A stretch of DNA of 64,000 nucleotides from Halobacteria archaeon (GTDB lineage Archaea; Halobacteriota; Syntropharchaeia; JACQPP01), in NCBI GenBank assembly GCA_038869515.1, contig JAWCQZ010000003.1:193652-257651 (forward strand), in the 5' to 3' direction. Made by a program: the position numbers and the translations under genes. Below the pieces are notes generated by a model. It did not search any database. It had not been told where the DNA came from and saw only the letters and a program-made list of their open reading frames with translations. Positions 26,704-35,393 of this stretch are shown piece after piece. Numbering within the stretch: position 1 is the first letter of the stretch; each line of letters opens with the position of its first letter.

Positions 26704-27843
26704 ATGAAAATCGCCCTCTTCGGTCCCGGGTCGGAGTTCCTCTCGGGCATCTCCTACTACACGGCCAACCTCGCCCGGGCGCTCTCCGAGGAGCACGAGG
26801 TCACCGTGGTCCTGTTCCGGAAGATGCTCCCCCGTATCATCTTCCCGGGCCGGGAGCGCGTCGGCGCCCCCATCGCGAGCCTCGACTACGGGCGGGCCCG
26901 CGTCCTCCCCCTCGACTGGCACAACCCCGGGACCTGGCTGATCGCCTTCCGGGCCATCCGGAGCTGCGACGCCTGGGTTCTCCCCTGGTGGACCGCGTCG
27001 GTTTTCCACCTCTACCTCGCCCTGAATCTCCTGCGGCGCGGACCGAAACTCGTGGTCGAGTTCCACGAGATTCTCGACCCCCTCGAGGCCCGCAATCCCG
27101 GCCTCCGGTGGTATACGAAAGCGGTCTGTGCGCTGCTCCTGAAGCAGGCGTCTTCGGCGGTCGTCCACTCCGAGGCCGACCGGGGAGTGGTGGCGGAGAG
27201 CTTCGGCCTGGACGCCTCCGTCGTGCCCCATGGACTCTTCGAATATCCGCGGGTGGAGCGGCCGGAGGCCCGCCGCCGCCTCGGAATCCCGGAGCCCCGG
27301 GTCCTCCTCTACTTCGGCATCGTGCGGCGCTACAAGGGGCTGCCGGTCCTCCTCGACGCCTTCGACCGGTTGCCGGAAAGTCTGGCCCGGGAGACGCGCC
27401 TGCTGCTGGTGGGAGAGCCCTGGGACGATGAGGTCGCCCTTCGGGCGCGCATCGCCGCGTCGCCGCGCGCGGGACAAATCACCTGGGTGGACCGGTATGT
27501 CTCCGACGATGAAATCCCCCACTTCTTCGGCGCGGCCGACGCCGTGGTCCTGCCCTACCTCCGCGCCTCCCAGAGCGGCGTCGCCCACATCGCCATTGCG
27601 CAGGGGCTGCCCGTGGTGTTGAGCCGGGTCGGGGGGCTGGAGTCCCTGGGGGAGTACTCGGGGGCGACCCTGGTGGAGCCGGGCGACCCCGCCGGGCTGG
27701 TCGCGGCCCTGGAGCGAGTCCTCCGGCAGGGGCCCCGGGCCCATCCCGCGCCCCCTCTCGGCTTCCGGGAGACCGCGCGGAGGTACACGCAGGTCCTGGA
27801 GCGGGCCCGCGGGATTCGGGGAGGGGAGCGCGCCAACCCTTAA
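26704..27843 (+). CDS. Family 4 glycosyltransferase (GT-B)
   Basis: 379 aa. MKIALFGP..., ...LLYFGIVRRYKGL..L..A......, ...LPY..ASQSGV...A.A.GLPVV (E/Sx7E-like region). Confidence 0.85.
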   Translation: MKIALFGPGSEFLSGISYYTANLARALSEEHEVTVVLFRKMLPRIIFPGRERVGAPIASLDYGRARVLPLDWHNPGTWLIAFRAIRSCDAWVLPWWTASVFHLYLALNLLRRGPKLVVEFHEILDPLEARNPGLRWYTKAVCALLLKQASSAVVHSEADRGVVAESFGLDASVVPHGLFEYPRVERPEARRRLGIPEPRVLLYFGIVRRYKGLPVLLDAFDRLPESLARETRLLLVGEPWDDEVALRARIAASPRAGQITWVDRYVSDDEIPHFFGAADAVVLPYLRASQSGVAHIAIAQGLPVVLSRVGGLESLGEYSGATLVEPGDPAGLVAALERVLRQGPRAHPAPPLGFRETARRYTQVLERARGIRGGERANP

Positions 27844-27865
27844 ATCGCCGGGTCGTTGGAAGACC

Positions 27866-28726
27866 ATGCAGCACCAGGTCCGCGAGAAACTGCTTTTCAG
27901 TTACCAGCGGGCGGACGAGCCCTTCGTCCGGGCCCTGTCCCAGCGCCTCCAGTGGGGCGGGTTCGACGTCATCCCCGATTTTTGGGACGAGAAGGGCGTC
28001 GAACCGGTCCCACCGGAACTCCAGGCCGTCCTCTCCCAGGTGAATTTTTTCTTCTACGTCCTCTCCCCATCCGCCGCGGAGTCGAAGTGGACCCGGGGGG
28101 CCCATTGCGCCCTCCTCTTCCAGCGGATGAAGCAGGCGGGCCTCCGCATCGTCCCCCTCGTCCGGGGCGCCGGCCCCTCGCCGCCGCTGATGGCCCCCCT
28201 CCGCCATATCGATTTTCGCGGGTTCAATCCGGCCGACCCGGCGGCCTTCCGGACCGACCAGGCGGGCCCATTCCAGGAGTTGATGGCGCTCCTCGGGCGC
28301 AAGCACCAGAAGGGGGGCGGCGAGCTCATCCCCCCGGGCATGGCAACCTATGAGTTCACCCTCCAGCCGAGGGCGTCGAAGCCCAAGAACCTCGACCGCA
28401 GCCTCAACTACGAACTCATCATCCGGAACGTGAAGAAGGACCCCCTGCGGAACTTCGCCCTCACCGTCCGTTTCCGGCAGCCGGTCCTCGATGTGAAATA
28501 CGACAAGTACCGCTCCTCCTCCGGGGAGTTAAGCACCGGCGAGGGGCTCTCCCCGGACGGGACACGGTTCAACTGGATTGGCGATTCCCTCTACGGAGGG
28601 GGCGGGTTCGCCCTGTTCAACATCCGCTCGAAAGAGCCGCCGCAGATTTCGAGGATTTCCACGAAATTCGTCGGGCGGGTGGCGGGGACCAACCGGGTCA
28701 TCGCACCCGACCCGGAGGGAGTCTAG
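27866..28726 (+). CDS. TIR-like domain protein with an uncharacterised C-terminal domain
   Basis: 286 aa. LLFSYQRADEPFVRALSQRLQWGGFDVIPDFWD...FFFYVLSPSAAESKWTRGAHCALL...RIVPLVRG is colinear with the TIR_2 consensus. Residues ~150-286 are unrecognised. Native-like GC3 codon usage. Starts 22 nt after the GT4 gene. Confidence 0.7.
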   Translation: MQHQVREKLLFSYQRADEPFVRALSQRLQWGGFDVIPDFWDEKGVEPVPPELQAVLSQVNFFFYVLSPSAAESKWTRGAHCALLFQRMKQAGLRIVPLVRGAGPSPPLMAPLRHIDFRGFNPADPAAFRTDQAGPFQELMALLGRKHQKGGGELIPPGMATYEFTLQPRASKPKNLDRSLNYELIIRNVKKDPLRNFALTVRFRQPVLDVKYDKYRSSSGELSTGEGLSPDGTRFNWIGDSLYGGGGFALFNIRSKEPPQISRISTKFVGRVAGTNRVIAPDPEGV

Positions 28727-29850
28727 GGGGCGGAGCCGCCCCGCTCCCGCAGCAGCTCCCGGTAGAGCCCCTCGATCCGCTCCCCGACCTTCGACCACGT
28801 GTAGTCCCGCAGCACCTTCTCCCGGGCCCGTTGGCCGATTTCGGGGTGCTTCCCGTCCAGGACCTCCCGCGCCTTCCGGGCGATCGCCCCCGCGTCCCCG
28901 TAGGGAATCGCCAGCCCGTCCACGCCGTCGTTGATGAGGTGCTTCGTCCCCCCTTCGAGGGTCGTGATGACCGGCTTCCCGAACCACATCGCCTCCATCG
29001 GCGCCGTCGGCAGCCCCTCGTAGCGGCTCGGCAGGAGGAACGCCGCGCAGGCCGCGTAGGCGGAGGCGAGGGTCGGCTGGTCCACCGGGCCTGTGAATTC
29101 GACCGCGTCCGAGACCCCCAGGCGCTCCGCCCGCGCCTCCAGCTCCGCGCGCAGCCCGAAGTCCTGGCCGACGCAGACGAGGCTGAGTCCCTCCCTCTTC
29201 AGTTCGGCCATCGCGTCCACCGCGAACTCGAGCCCCTTCACCCAGTCGATCCGACCGACGTAGAGGAGGAACCGCTCCACGCCGTACTTGCGCCTGAATC
29301 CCTCGGGATCGGTCTTGACCGCCTCGAATCGCTCCTCTGCGAGTGCGTTGGGGATGAGCACGATGCGTTCCCCCGGGGCGCCCATCCGCAGGACGTCCGC
29401 CCGGTCGTTCTCCGTCAGGCAGATGATGCGGTCGGCCAGCCGGAGGGACATCCGCCCCAGGGTCGGGTCGTAGGCCGCCTTCACCAGCCGCACCTTCAGG
29501 TTCCGGGAGGGATAGACGCAATGGGGGGTGAAGACCTTGGGCCTCGGGTCCTTCCGGACGGCGCGCATCCCGAGGGCGACGAATGGCTTGTGGATGAGGT
29601 GGAAGTGGAAGAGGTCGCCCTCCCACGCCCGCAGAGCCCGGCCCAGGGCCCCGGCGGAACCCACCCGGACCACCCGGAGGCCGTGGAGCGTCTCCTTCGG
29701 CGGCAGGGGCTGGCCGCGGTTGTCGGTGTCGCGGGTGAAGACGGTGACTTCGTGGCCGCGCTTCACCATCTGGAGCCCGAGGTTCTCCATGTGGAATTCC
29801 ACGCCCCCGAAGACGGGGGCGAAGAAGCGGCCGACCAGTGCAATTCTCAA
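28723..29850 (-). CDS. Family 4 glycosyltransferase (GT-B)
   Basis: Track ORF 28723..30459 trimmed to TTG 29850 (MRIALVGRFFAP...), with alternative GTG at 29880. ...FLLYVGRIDWVKGL... and LLPSRYEGLPTAPMEAMWFGKPVI (EX7E) are present. The start overlaps the epimerase stop (TTGA). Confidence 0.85.
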   Translation of the reverse strand: MRIALVGRFFAPVFGGVEFHMENLGLQMVKRGHEVTVFTRDTDNRGQPLPPKETLHGLRVVRVGSAGALGRALRAWEGDLFHFHLIHKPFVALGMRAVRKDPRPKVFTPHCVYPSRNLKVRLVKAAYDPTLGRMSLRLADRIICLTENDRADVLRMGAPGERIVLIPNALAEERFEAVKTDPEGFRRKYGVERFLLYVGRIDWVKGLEFAVDAMAELKREGLSLVCVGQDFGLRAELEARAERLGVSDAVEFTGPVDQPTLASAYAACAAFLLPSRYEGLPTAPMEAMWFGKPVITTLEGGTKHLINDGVDGLAIPYGDAGAIARKAREVLDGKHPEIGQRAREKVLRDYTWSKVGERIEGLYRELLRERGGSAP

Positions 29851-30770
29851 CGCTTCCTCGCGGAGTGGGCGTCCATCCACTCCACAAACCGGTCGAGCCC
29901 CTCCTCCAAACCGACCTTCGGTCTCCACCCGAGCCGCCTCAGTTTCCGGTTGTCCGCAATCAGCGCCTTGATGTCCCCCGCCCACGACTTCCCGGTGTAG
30001 ACGATTCTCGCCCCGGGAGCCACCCGGGCCACCATCCCCTCGGCGATGCGGCGCACGGTGGTGGGCTTGCCCGACGCGATGTTGGTGCACCCCTCCCCCC
30101 TCCGGAAGAGGAGCCAGAGCGCCTCCACCGCGTCCGACACATAGCAGGGGTCCCGGACCTGGGTCCCGTCGCCGAGAACCTCGAGGCGCTTCGGGTTCCG
30201 CTTGAGTTTGTGGTAGAGGTCGGCCATGACGTAGCGGGGCTGCCGCGGGCCGTAGATGTTGAAGATGCGCGCGGCCGCGAAGTCGAGTCCGTAGGCCTCC
30301 CGGTAGGCGAAGCCCATGCTCTCCCCCGTTAGTTTCGAGGCGCCGTACGGGGAGACCGGGCGGAGGGGGTGCCCCTCGTCCATCGGGATGCGGTCGGGCT
30401 CGCCGTAGGCCGCAGCGGTGGACGCGTAGAGGACGCGCTTCACCCCGCGTTTCCGGCACGCCTCGAGGACGTTCATCGTGCCTCCGGCGTTCGTCTCGAA
30501 ATCGTAGCGCGGGTCCTCGACCGAGAGGGGGACCGAGGCGTTGGCGCCGATGTGGATGACCCCCGCATTCCCGCGCACCGCCCGCTCCACGGCCCGTGGG
30601 TCCCGGAGATCGCCCTTCACGAACCGGATGCTGCTCCGGACTCCGCGCAGGTTCTCCGCCTTTCCGGCCTGCAGGTTGTCGAAGGCGGTGACGCCGTGCC
30701 CGAGGGCGGCGAGCCGGTCCACCATGTGCGAGCCGATGAAGCCGGCTCCGCCCGTGACCAGGATTTTCAT
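29847..30770 (-). CDS. NAD-dependent epimerase/dehydratase (UDP-sugar 4-epimerase-like SDR)
   Basis: Last 307 aa of track ORF 29847..32336. MKILVTGGAGFIGSH..., catalytic YGASK. Confidence 0.9.
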   Translation of the reverse strand: MKILVTGGAGFIGSHMVDRLAALGHGVTAFDNLQAGKAENLRGVRSSIRFVKGDLRDPRAVERAVRGNAGVIHIGANASVPLSVEDPRYDFETNAGGTMNVLEACRKRGVKRVLYASTAAAYGEPDRIPMDEGHPLRPVSPYGASKLTGESMGFAYREAYGLDFAAARIFNIYGPRQPRYVMADLYHKLKRNPKRLEVLGDGTQVRDPCYVSDAVEALWLLFRRGEGCTNIASGKPTTVRRIAEGMVARVAPGARIVYTGKSWAGDIKALIADNRKLRRLGWRPKVGLEEGLDRFVEWMDAHSARKR

Positions 30771-32377
30771 GGAACCCCTGCCCCGGGGACCTCGTATATA
30801 CGCACCGGCCCGAAGATCCCGGCGAGCCGGAGGACCCCGCGGGAGACCTCGTCGTCGAAGGCGCGCCGGTAGGTGGAGAGGTCGAACCAGAGGTAGCCGT
30901 CGTCGGTGACGGCGTGGGTCACGCCGAGTCGCCGGAGGGCCCCGGCGTCGAGCCCCTCCGCTTTCCACCAGGGCAGGTGGAGCGAGATGCGCCCGGAGTA
31001 GTAGTCCACCAGGTCCTTGTCGGGAGCCATGATCCGGGCCTCGGGGGGCAGGGCTTTGAGGTAGGCGAGCGCGTCGGCGCGGGCCCCGTGGTAGGAGACC
31101 GCCACCGCCGCCTTCCCCGCCTCGCTGGCCGCGGCCGCGCTCCCCGCGAGGACGAGGAGGACGAGAACGGCTCCGGCGAGGCCCTTTCGCGGGGATAGTT
31201 TCTCCCGGACCACGGTCCAGCCCAGCGCGGCGAATATGGCCAGGACGGGGGCGAGGGGGAGCAGCCGACGGAAGGAGTAGAGGAGGAAGAACTGACCCAG
31301 GGCCGCGGTGACGAGGACGACCGCGAGGGCCCACAGCACCACCCACAGCCAGAGCAGTTTCGACGGGTGGGTCAGCCCCCGGCCGAAGCCGAGGAGGACC
31401 AGCGGGACGAAGAGGAGCGTCGAGAGGGCGTAGAGGAGAACGAGGGACCCGGGGAGCGGGATGACGTCGGCCCGCCCGGAGGGGAACCCCCACGCCTCCA
31501 GGTAGTTCTGCTTCAGGAGGGCGGGCAGGAGCGCCAGCCCCCCGCCCCGGTTCGCCTCGGAGATGGACGCCAGGAACGCCGCGTTCTCCTCGCCGGGCGC
31601 CGGGACCGGGAGGCCGATGTTGGTGAGCCCCTCCTGCCCGACCGACTTGGTGATTCCGAGGTCGCCGTAGAGCCGGTAGTTGTGGCCGACGTAGTAGACC
31701 GAGGCGAGGGCGCCCGCGGCCACCAGCGCCGTCAGGGCGATGCGGAGGGAGACCGCGCCGATTTTGCGGCGGCGCAGGGCGCGGACTGCGAAGTAGAAGA
31801 AGATGAACGCCGCCGCTACGGCCCCCGTCTCCTTCGAGAGGGCGGCCAGGCCCGCAGCGGCTCCCGCGGTCCATGCGTCCCTCCGCGACCCGCCCTCCAG
31901 GGCCCGGTGGGAGTGGTAGAGGGTCATGATGCAGAATGCGGTCACGGGCGCGTCGAGGTAGCCGAGGGCGCTGTAGTGGAGGTGGGCCGGCAGGATGCCG
32001 AGGAGCACGGCCCCGAGGAGCCCCACCCGTTCGGAGTAGCAGTGGCGCCCGAGGCGGTAGGTGTAGAGCAGGGCGAGGGTCCCGAACGCGGGAGCGATGA
32101 GTTTGAGGCCGACCTCCCCGGCCCACGGGACCAGCAGGGCCCCGAGGAGCGGGACGAGGGGCGGGGGGAACCAGAGCCGTTCGAGGTAGAGGCCCGGGTC
32201 GGCGGCGAAGGCCTTCGCGTAGATGAAGTAGGTCCCGGGGTCGGAGAAGACCGGGAAAACCAGGGCCAGGGCGAAACGGTAGAGGACCAGTCCGACGAGG
32301 GCCGCCTTCAGGGCCCGGGGCGGCTCCCGCAGCCACTTCCGGAAGGAGGCCCAGAGGGCCGGCGGGGAGAACCCCAT
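30767..32377 (-). CDS. GT-C fold membrane glycosyltransferase (PMT_2/ArnT-like, family 39/83-like)
   Basis: Track ORF 30767..32449 trimmed to ATG 32377, which avoids overlapping the upstream gene. At least 10 TM helices and a soluble C-terminal tail. Confidence 0.8.
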   Translation of the reverse strand: MGFSPPALWASFRKWLREPPRALKAALVGLVLYRFALALVFPVFSDPGTYFIYAKAFAADPGLYLERLWFPPPLVPLLGALLVPWAGEVGLKLIAPAFGTLALLYTYRLGRHCYSERVGLLGAVLLGILPAHLHYSALGYLDAPVTAFCIMTLYHSHRALEGGSRRDAWTAGAAAGLAALSKETGAVAAAFIFFYFAVRALRRRKIGAVSLRIALTALVAAGALASVYYVGHNYRLYGDLGITKSVGQEGLTNIGLPVPAPGEENAAFLASISEANRGGGLALLPALLKQNYLEAWGFPSGRADVIPLPGSLVLLYALSTLLFVPLVLLGFGRGLTHPSKLLWLWVVLWALAVVLVTAALGQFFLLYSFRRLLPLAPVLAIFAALGWTVVREKLSPRKGLAGAVLVLLVLAGSAAAASEAGKAAVAVSYHGARADALAYLKALPPEARIMAPDKDLVDYYSGRISLHLPWWKAEGLDAGALRRLGVTHAVTDDGYLWFDLSTYRRAFDDEVSRGVLRLAGIFGPVRIYEVPGAGVP

Positions 32378-32438
32378 GGACGGGAGACCGGGAGTCGCGA
32401 CCGATATATCTTTTCCAGAGTCTCTAATCTCTACGGGC

Positions 32439-32891
32439 TCACTCGACAATCAGTTTCGGCGAGACCCCGGGCTTGTGCATCAGGGGGTGGTGGATGGCGC
32501 AGTGGAACTCGTAGGTCCCGGCCTTCTCGAACTTGTAGGACCAGGACTGGCCGGGCACCAGGCTCCCCGGCGCCCCCGACTTGGGGGTCTCCGGGCCGCC
32601 CACGAAGGTGACGTCGTGGGGCGCGACGTCGTCGTTGGAGAACATCACCGTGGTCCCCGCCTTGACGCGGATCTCGCACGGGTTCCACGACTCGCAGGGG
32701 TCGACGCTCAACTTGACGATTTTCACCCTGGCCTCGGCCATGGCTGCGCCGGCGGTCGGAGTCGCGGGGGGGGCGGTGGTGGCCGCCGGAGGGGTGGCGG
32801 TGGCCGCGGGGCTCGGAGGGGCGGAGCAGCCGGAAATGATGAGGCCGGCAGCGACGAGAGCTGCGACGGAGGCCAGAGTGGCGGTTCGCAT
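32439..32891 (-). CDS. Lipoprotein cupredoxin (halocyanin/amicyanin-like blue copper protein)
   Basis: 150 aa. Lipobox LIISGC, a Pro/Thr/Ala linker, and type 1 Cu ligands ..APHDV.. and HCAIHHPLM. Confidence 0.85.
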   Translation of the reverse strand: MRTATLASVAALVAAGLIISGCSAPPSPAATATPPAATTAPPATPTAGAAMAEARVKIVKLSVDPCESWNPCEIRVKAGTTVMFSNDDVAPHDVTFVGGPETPKSGAPGSLVPGQSWSYKFEKAGTYEFHCAIHHPLMHKPGVSPKLIVE

Positions 32892-32945
32892 GGAGACAAG
32901 GATTGGGGGGCGGGATTTAAGCTTTCCGGCGGGTGCGCGCCCCGC

Positions 32946-33488
32946 CTACGGAGTCTTCAACGAGGCAAGATAGGCGACCAGGTCGTTCAGGCCCGCGCAA
33001 TCGGCCACGTCGGCCGCGCTGGAGGCCTTCTTCCCGCACAACTGCTGGTCGAAGGAGTCGGGCATCGCCGGAGCGAACCCCTCGGCGACTTTGGCTCCGG
33101 GCTCCACGATGGACTCCCGGATATGCTCCTCCCCCCTGGCGGAGACTCCGGCGAGGCCCGGGCCCACGGGGGTCCCTTTCCCGGCGGCGAAGGGCTGCTG
33201 CGGGTTGTGGCACGCGGCGCAGGAGGCGGCGAAGAGCTCCCTGCCCCGGGCCGCGTCTCCCGCTCCCGGGGCCGACGGCGAAGCGACCGGGGTGGGAAGG
33301 AGGGTGGGAGCGGGCGATGGTCCCGCCAGCGCCGGTGTGGCGCGGGGCTGGAGGGGGGTCACCGGGGGCGGGGGAGACGGCGATGCCGGCGGCCACGTGG
33401 AGGGGTTGAACTTCATGTCGGGCGGGTGGCCGCATCCCGCGACCAGGACCGACGCGGCAACCAGGATTCCCAGGAGAGCGATTCGCAT
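32946..33488 (-). CDS. Lipoprotein mono-haem c-type cytochrome
   Basis: 180 aa. Lipobox LVAGC, a Pro-rich linker, haem-binding CAACH and a distal Met region (APAMP). Confidence 0.85.
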   Translation of the reverse strand: MRIALLGILVAASVLVAGCGHPPDMKFNPSTWPPASPSPPPPVTPLQPRATPALAGPSPAPTLLPTPVASPSAPGAGDAARGRELFAASCAACHNPQQPFAAGKGTPVGPGLAGVSARGEEHIRESIVEPGAKVAEGFAPAMPDSFDQQLCGKKASSAADVADCAGLNDLVAYLASLKTP

Positions 33489-33512
33489 CGAACGCCAAGA
33501 GGCACGGGCGAC

Positions 33513-33911
33513 TTAACCCTTTCCGGGCAGCCGCGACCGGATGACCTCCTCGTACTTGCTCGGGCACTTGGCCAGGAGTTGGTAGGCGACGAAGGTCCCG
33601 TCCCCCCCCATTCTCCCGATGAGGGTCACTCCCGCGTCCTCCTTGAGGATGCCGGGAAGGGGGCCCCGGTAGGTCACCGGCATGGTGGCGAGGCCGTCGG
33701 TGGCCGTCAGCATCGTCACGTCGCCCGACCTCTGTAGGCTGCCGCTGACGATGAAGGCCGCGACGTAGACCGTCTGGTTCCGGGCCGCCGGGTCGGAGAG
33801 CACTTCGGAGACGAAGCGGTAGGGGGAGGCGGAGGTGGAGAGAAAAACGACCAGGAGGAGCACGACGACGCCGGCCCCGCCCCCGTATGCGAGGAGGCTA
33901 CGTCGGTCCAC
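33513..33911 (-). CDS. ccmE: Cytochrome c maturation haem chaperone CcmE, CxxxY variant
   Basis: 132 aa with a GTG start. N-terminal TM helix, OB-fold region ...VTYRGPLPGILKEDAGVTLIGRM..., and LLAKCPSKY in place of the canonical LAKHDENY. Confidence 0.85.
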   Translation of the reverse strand: MDRRSLLAYGGGAGVVVLLLVVFLSTSASPYRFVSEVLSDPAARNQTVYVAAFIVSGSLQRSGDVTMLTATDGLATMPVTYRGPLPGILKEDAGVTLIGRMGGDGTFVAYQLLAKCPSKYEEVIRSRLPGKG

Positions 33912-34029
33912 GGCCCACCTCCCGGGCGACCCGCCCCGCCCGGGCCCGGAGAAGCGCGAGGTAGAGGGCGAGCGAGAGCCAGAAGAGGGCGACCCCGAGC
34001 GCGGTCGAGGCCTCGGGCGCGTGGCTCAT
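33898..34029 (-). CDS. ccmD: CcmD-like small haem exporter subunit
   Basis: Last 43 aa of track ORF 33898..34182 (MSHAPEASTALGVALFWLSLALYLALLRARAG...). One TM helix plus a basic tail, sitting between ccmC and ccmE. Confidence 0.5.
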   Translation of the reverse strand: MSHAPEASTALGVALFWLSLALYLALLRARAGRVAREVGRGPT

Positions 34030-34102
34030 CGTCGTTGACCGGCCGGAACGCGGCCGAAGGCCGCGGTCGGCATGCCGAACGGCGCGCTTGTTGCGTCGAA
34101 AG

Positions 34103-34756
34103 TCATCCTTCTTCCTCCCGCTGCTCTTGGAGGGCGACGTCGAAGCGGACCGCCCAGAGGCAGACGAGCCCGAGGCCGGCAACCATGAGGCCGGCGACCC
34201 CCCACATGGCGGGCTCGAGCCCGATGGAGAAGGATTGGGGGTGGAGGGAGGTGGGGAAGAGCCGGGTCGAAAGGTAGGCGAGGGGGACCGAGAGATAGGC
34301 GAGGGTGGACCACGCCGCCGCCGCGCGCGCCCGGACCCGCGGGTCGGAGATGGAGGCCCGGAGCGCCAGATAGCCAGCGAAGGCGAGGCCCATCGCGAGG
34401 GTCGCGGTCTCGATGGGCTGCCAGGTCCAGAAGACGCCGGAGGCCTCGTACCACGTCTCCCTGGCGAAGAGAACTCCCACCGCGAGGGTCAGTAACGTGA
34501 ACAGGAGCCCCAGGCGTGCCGAGGCCCCGGCCGCCCGGTCCCACCGGAGGCGTCCGGTCCGGAGAAAGAGGAGGCCCCCCGCGAGGGTGAAGGTGAAGAG
34601 GCCGGTGGCTAGGAGCGCGCTCGGAAACTCGAAGAAGAAGAGGCGGTAGGCCTCGCCGAGGGTCCGGGCCGGGGGAAGCAGTGCGAGGGCGGCGGCGGTG
34701 GCGAGACCGCACAGGGCGAGTCCGGCCGCGAGAACGCTATTCGACTTCGAGGACAT
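34103..34756 (-). CDS. ccmC: Haem exporter/lyase subunit CcmC (divergent)
   Basis: Last 217 aa of track ORF 34103..35179. Six TM helices. The Trp-rich loop reads SGVFWTWQPIETAT (canonical WGxxWxWDxRLT). The second conserved His is present (TSLHPQ). Confidence 0.8.
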   Translation of the reverse strand: MSSKSNSVLAAGLALCGLATAAALALLPPARTLGEAYRLFFFEFPSALLATGLFTFTLAGGLLFLRTGRLRWDRAAGASARLGLLFTLLTLAVGVLFARETWYEASGVFWTWQPIETATLAMGLAFAGYLALRASISDPRVRARAAAAWSTLAYLSVPLAYLSTRLFPTSLHPQSFSIGLEPAMWGVAGLMVAGLGLVCLWAVRFDVALQEQREEEG

Positions 34757-35393
34757 GGCTCGCGATGCGGTGGGAGAGGAGGGCCACGGCCGCTCCGAAG
34801 AGGAGGAGGAAGGCCAGTTCCGGGACCGGGACCGAGCCCGCGAGCCCCTTTCGCAACCCCGCCACCGCCGCCAGGACGAGCGGCAGGAGGAGGGGCGCAG
34901 CCAGGAGGGGCAGGAGGGCCCCGCGGGCGCGGCTGCGCTGGAGAAGGAGGGAGGCGGGAGCCGTCGCCGCCGCCAGAGCGCCCCCTCCCAGGAGGAGGAC
35001 CGTGGCCACGGCTGCCGGATTGGCGCCTCCGGAGTATCCGACGAAGAAGAGGAGCAGGGCGAGGAGCAGGAACCCCCCCAGGACGAGGAGGAGGGCCGAG
35101 GAGAGGGCGCGGCCGAGAAGGACCTGTCCGGGGTGGACGCCCGACGCGAGGAGCCCCTCGTTGACGGCCGGTTCTCCAAGGGCCGGTGCGGCCAGGAAGG
35201 CGCCGAAGAGGAGCAGGACCCAGAGGAGGGCCGGGAGGGCCTCCCGCGCCTCCGGCCCCACTCCGAGAGCCGCGCCGATGAGGATGCCTCCGGCCAGGAC
35301 CGGGACGAGGAGGCGGGCCAGCCCCTCGGGCCTCCGGAGCTCCGCCCGCAGGTCGGCCGAAGCGATGGCGAATGCGGGGGCGAGGAGGCTCAT
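34737..35393 (-). CDS. ccmB: Haem exporter permease CcmB
   Basis: Last 218 aa of track ORF 34737..35750. Six hydrophobic helices. ATGA overlap with ccmA. Confidence 0.8.
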   Translation of the reverse strand: MSLLAPAFAIASADLRAELRRPEGLARLLVPVLAGGILIGAALGVGPEAREALPALLWVLLLFGAFLAAPALGEPAVNEGLLASGVHPGQVLLGRALSSALLLVLGGFLLLALLLFFVGYSGGANPAAVATVLLLGGGALAAATAPASLLLQRSRARGALLPLLAAPLLLPLVLAAVAGLRKGLAGSVPVPELAFLLLFGAAVALLSHRIASHVLEVE

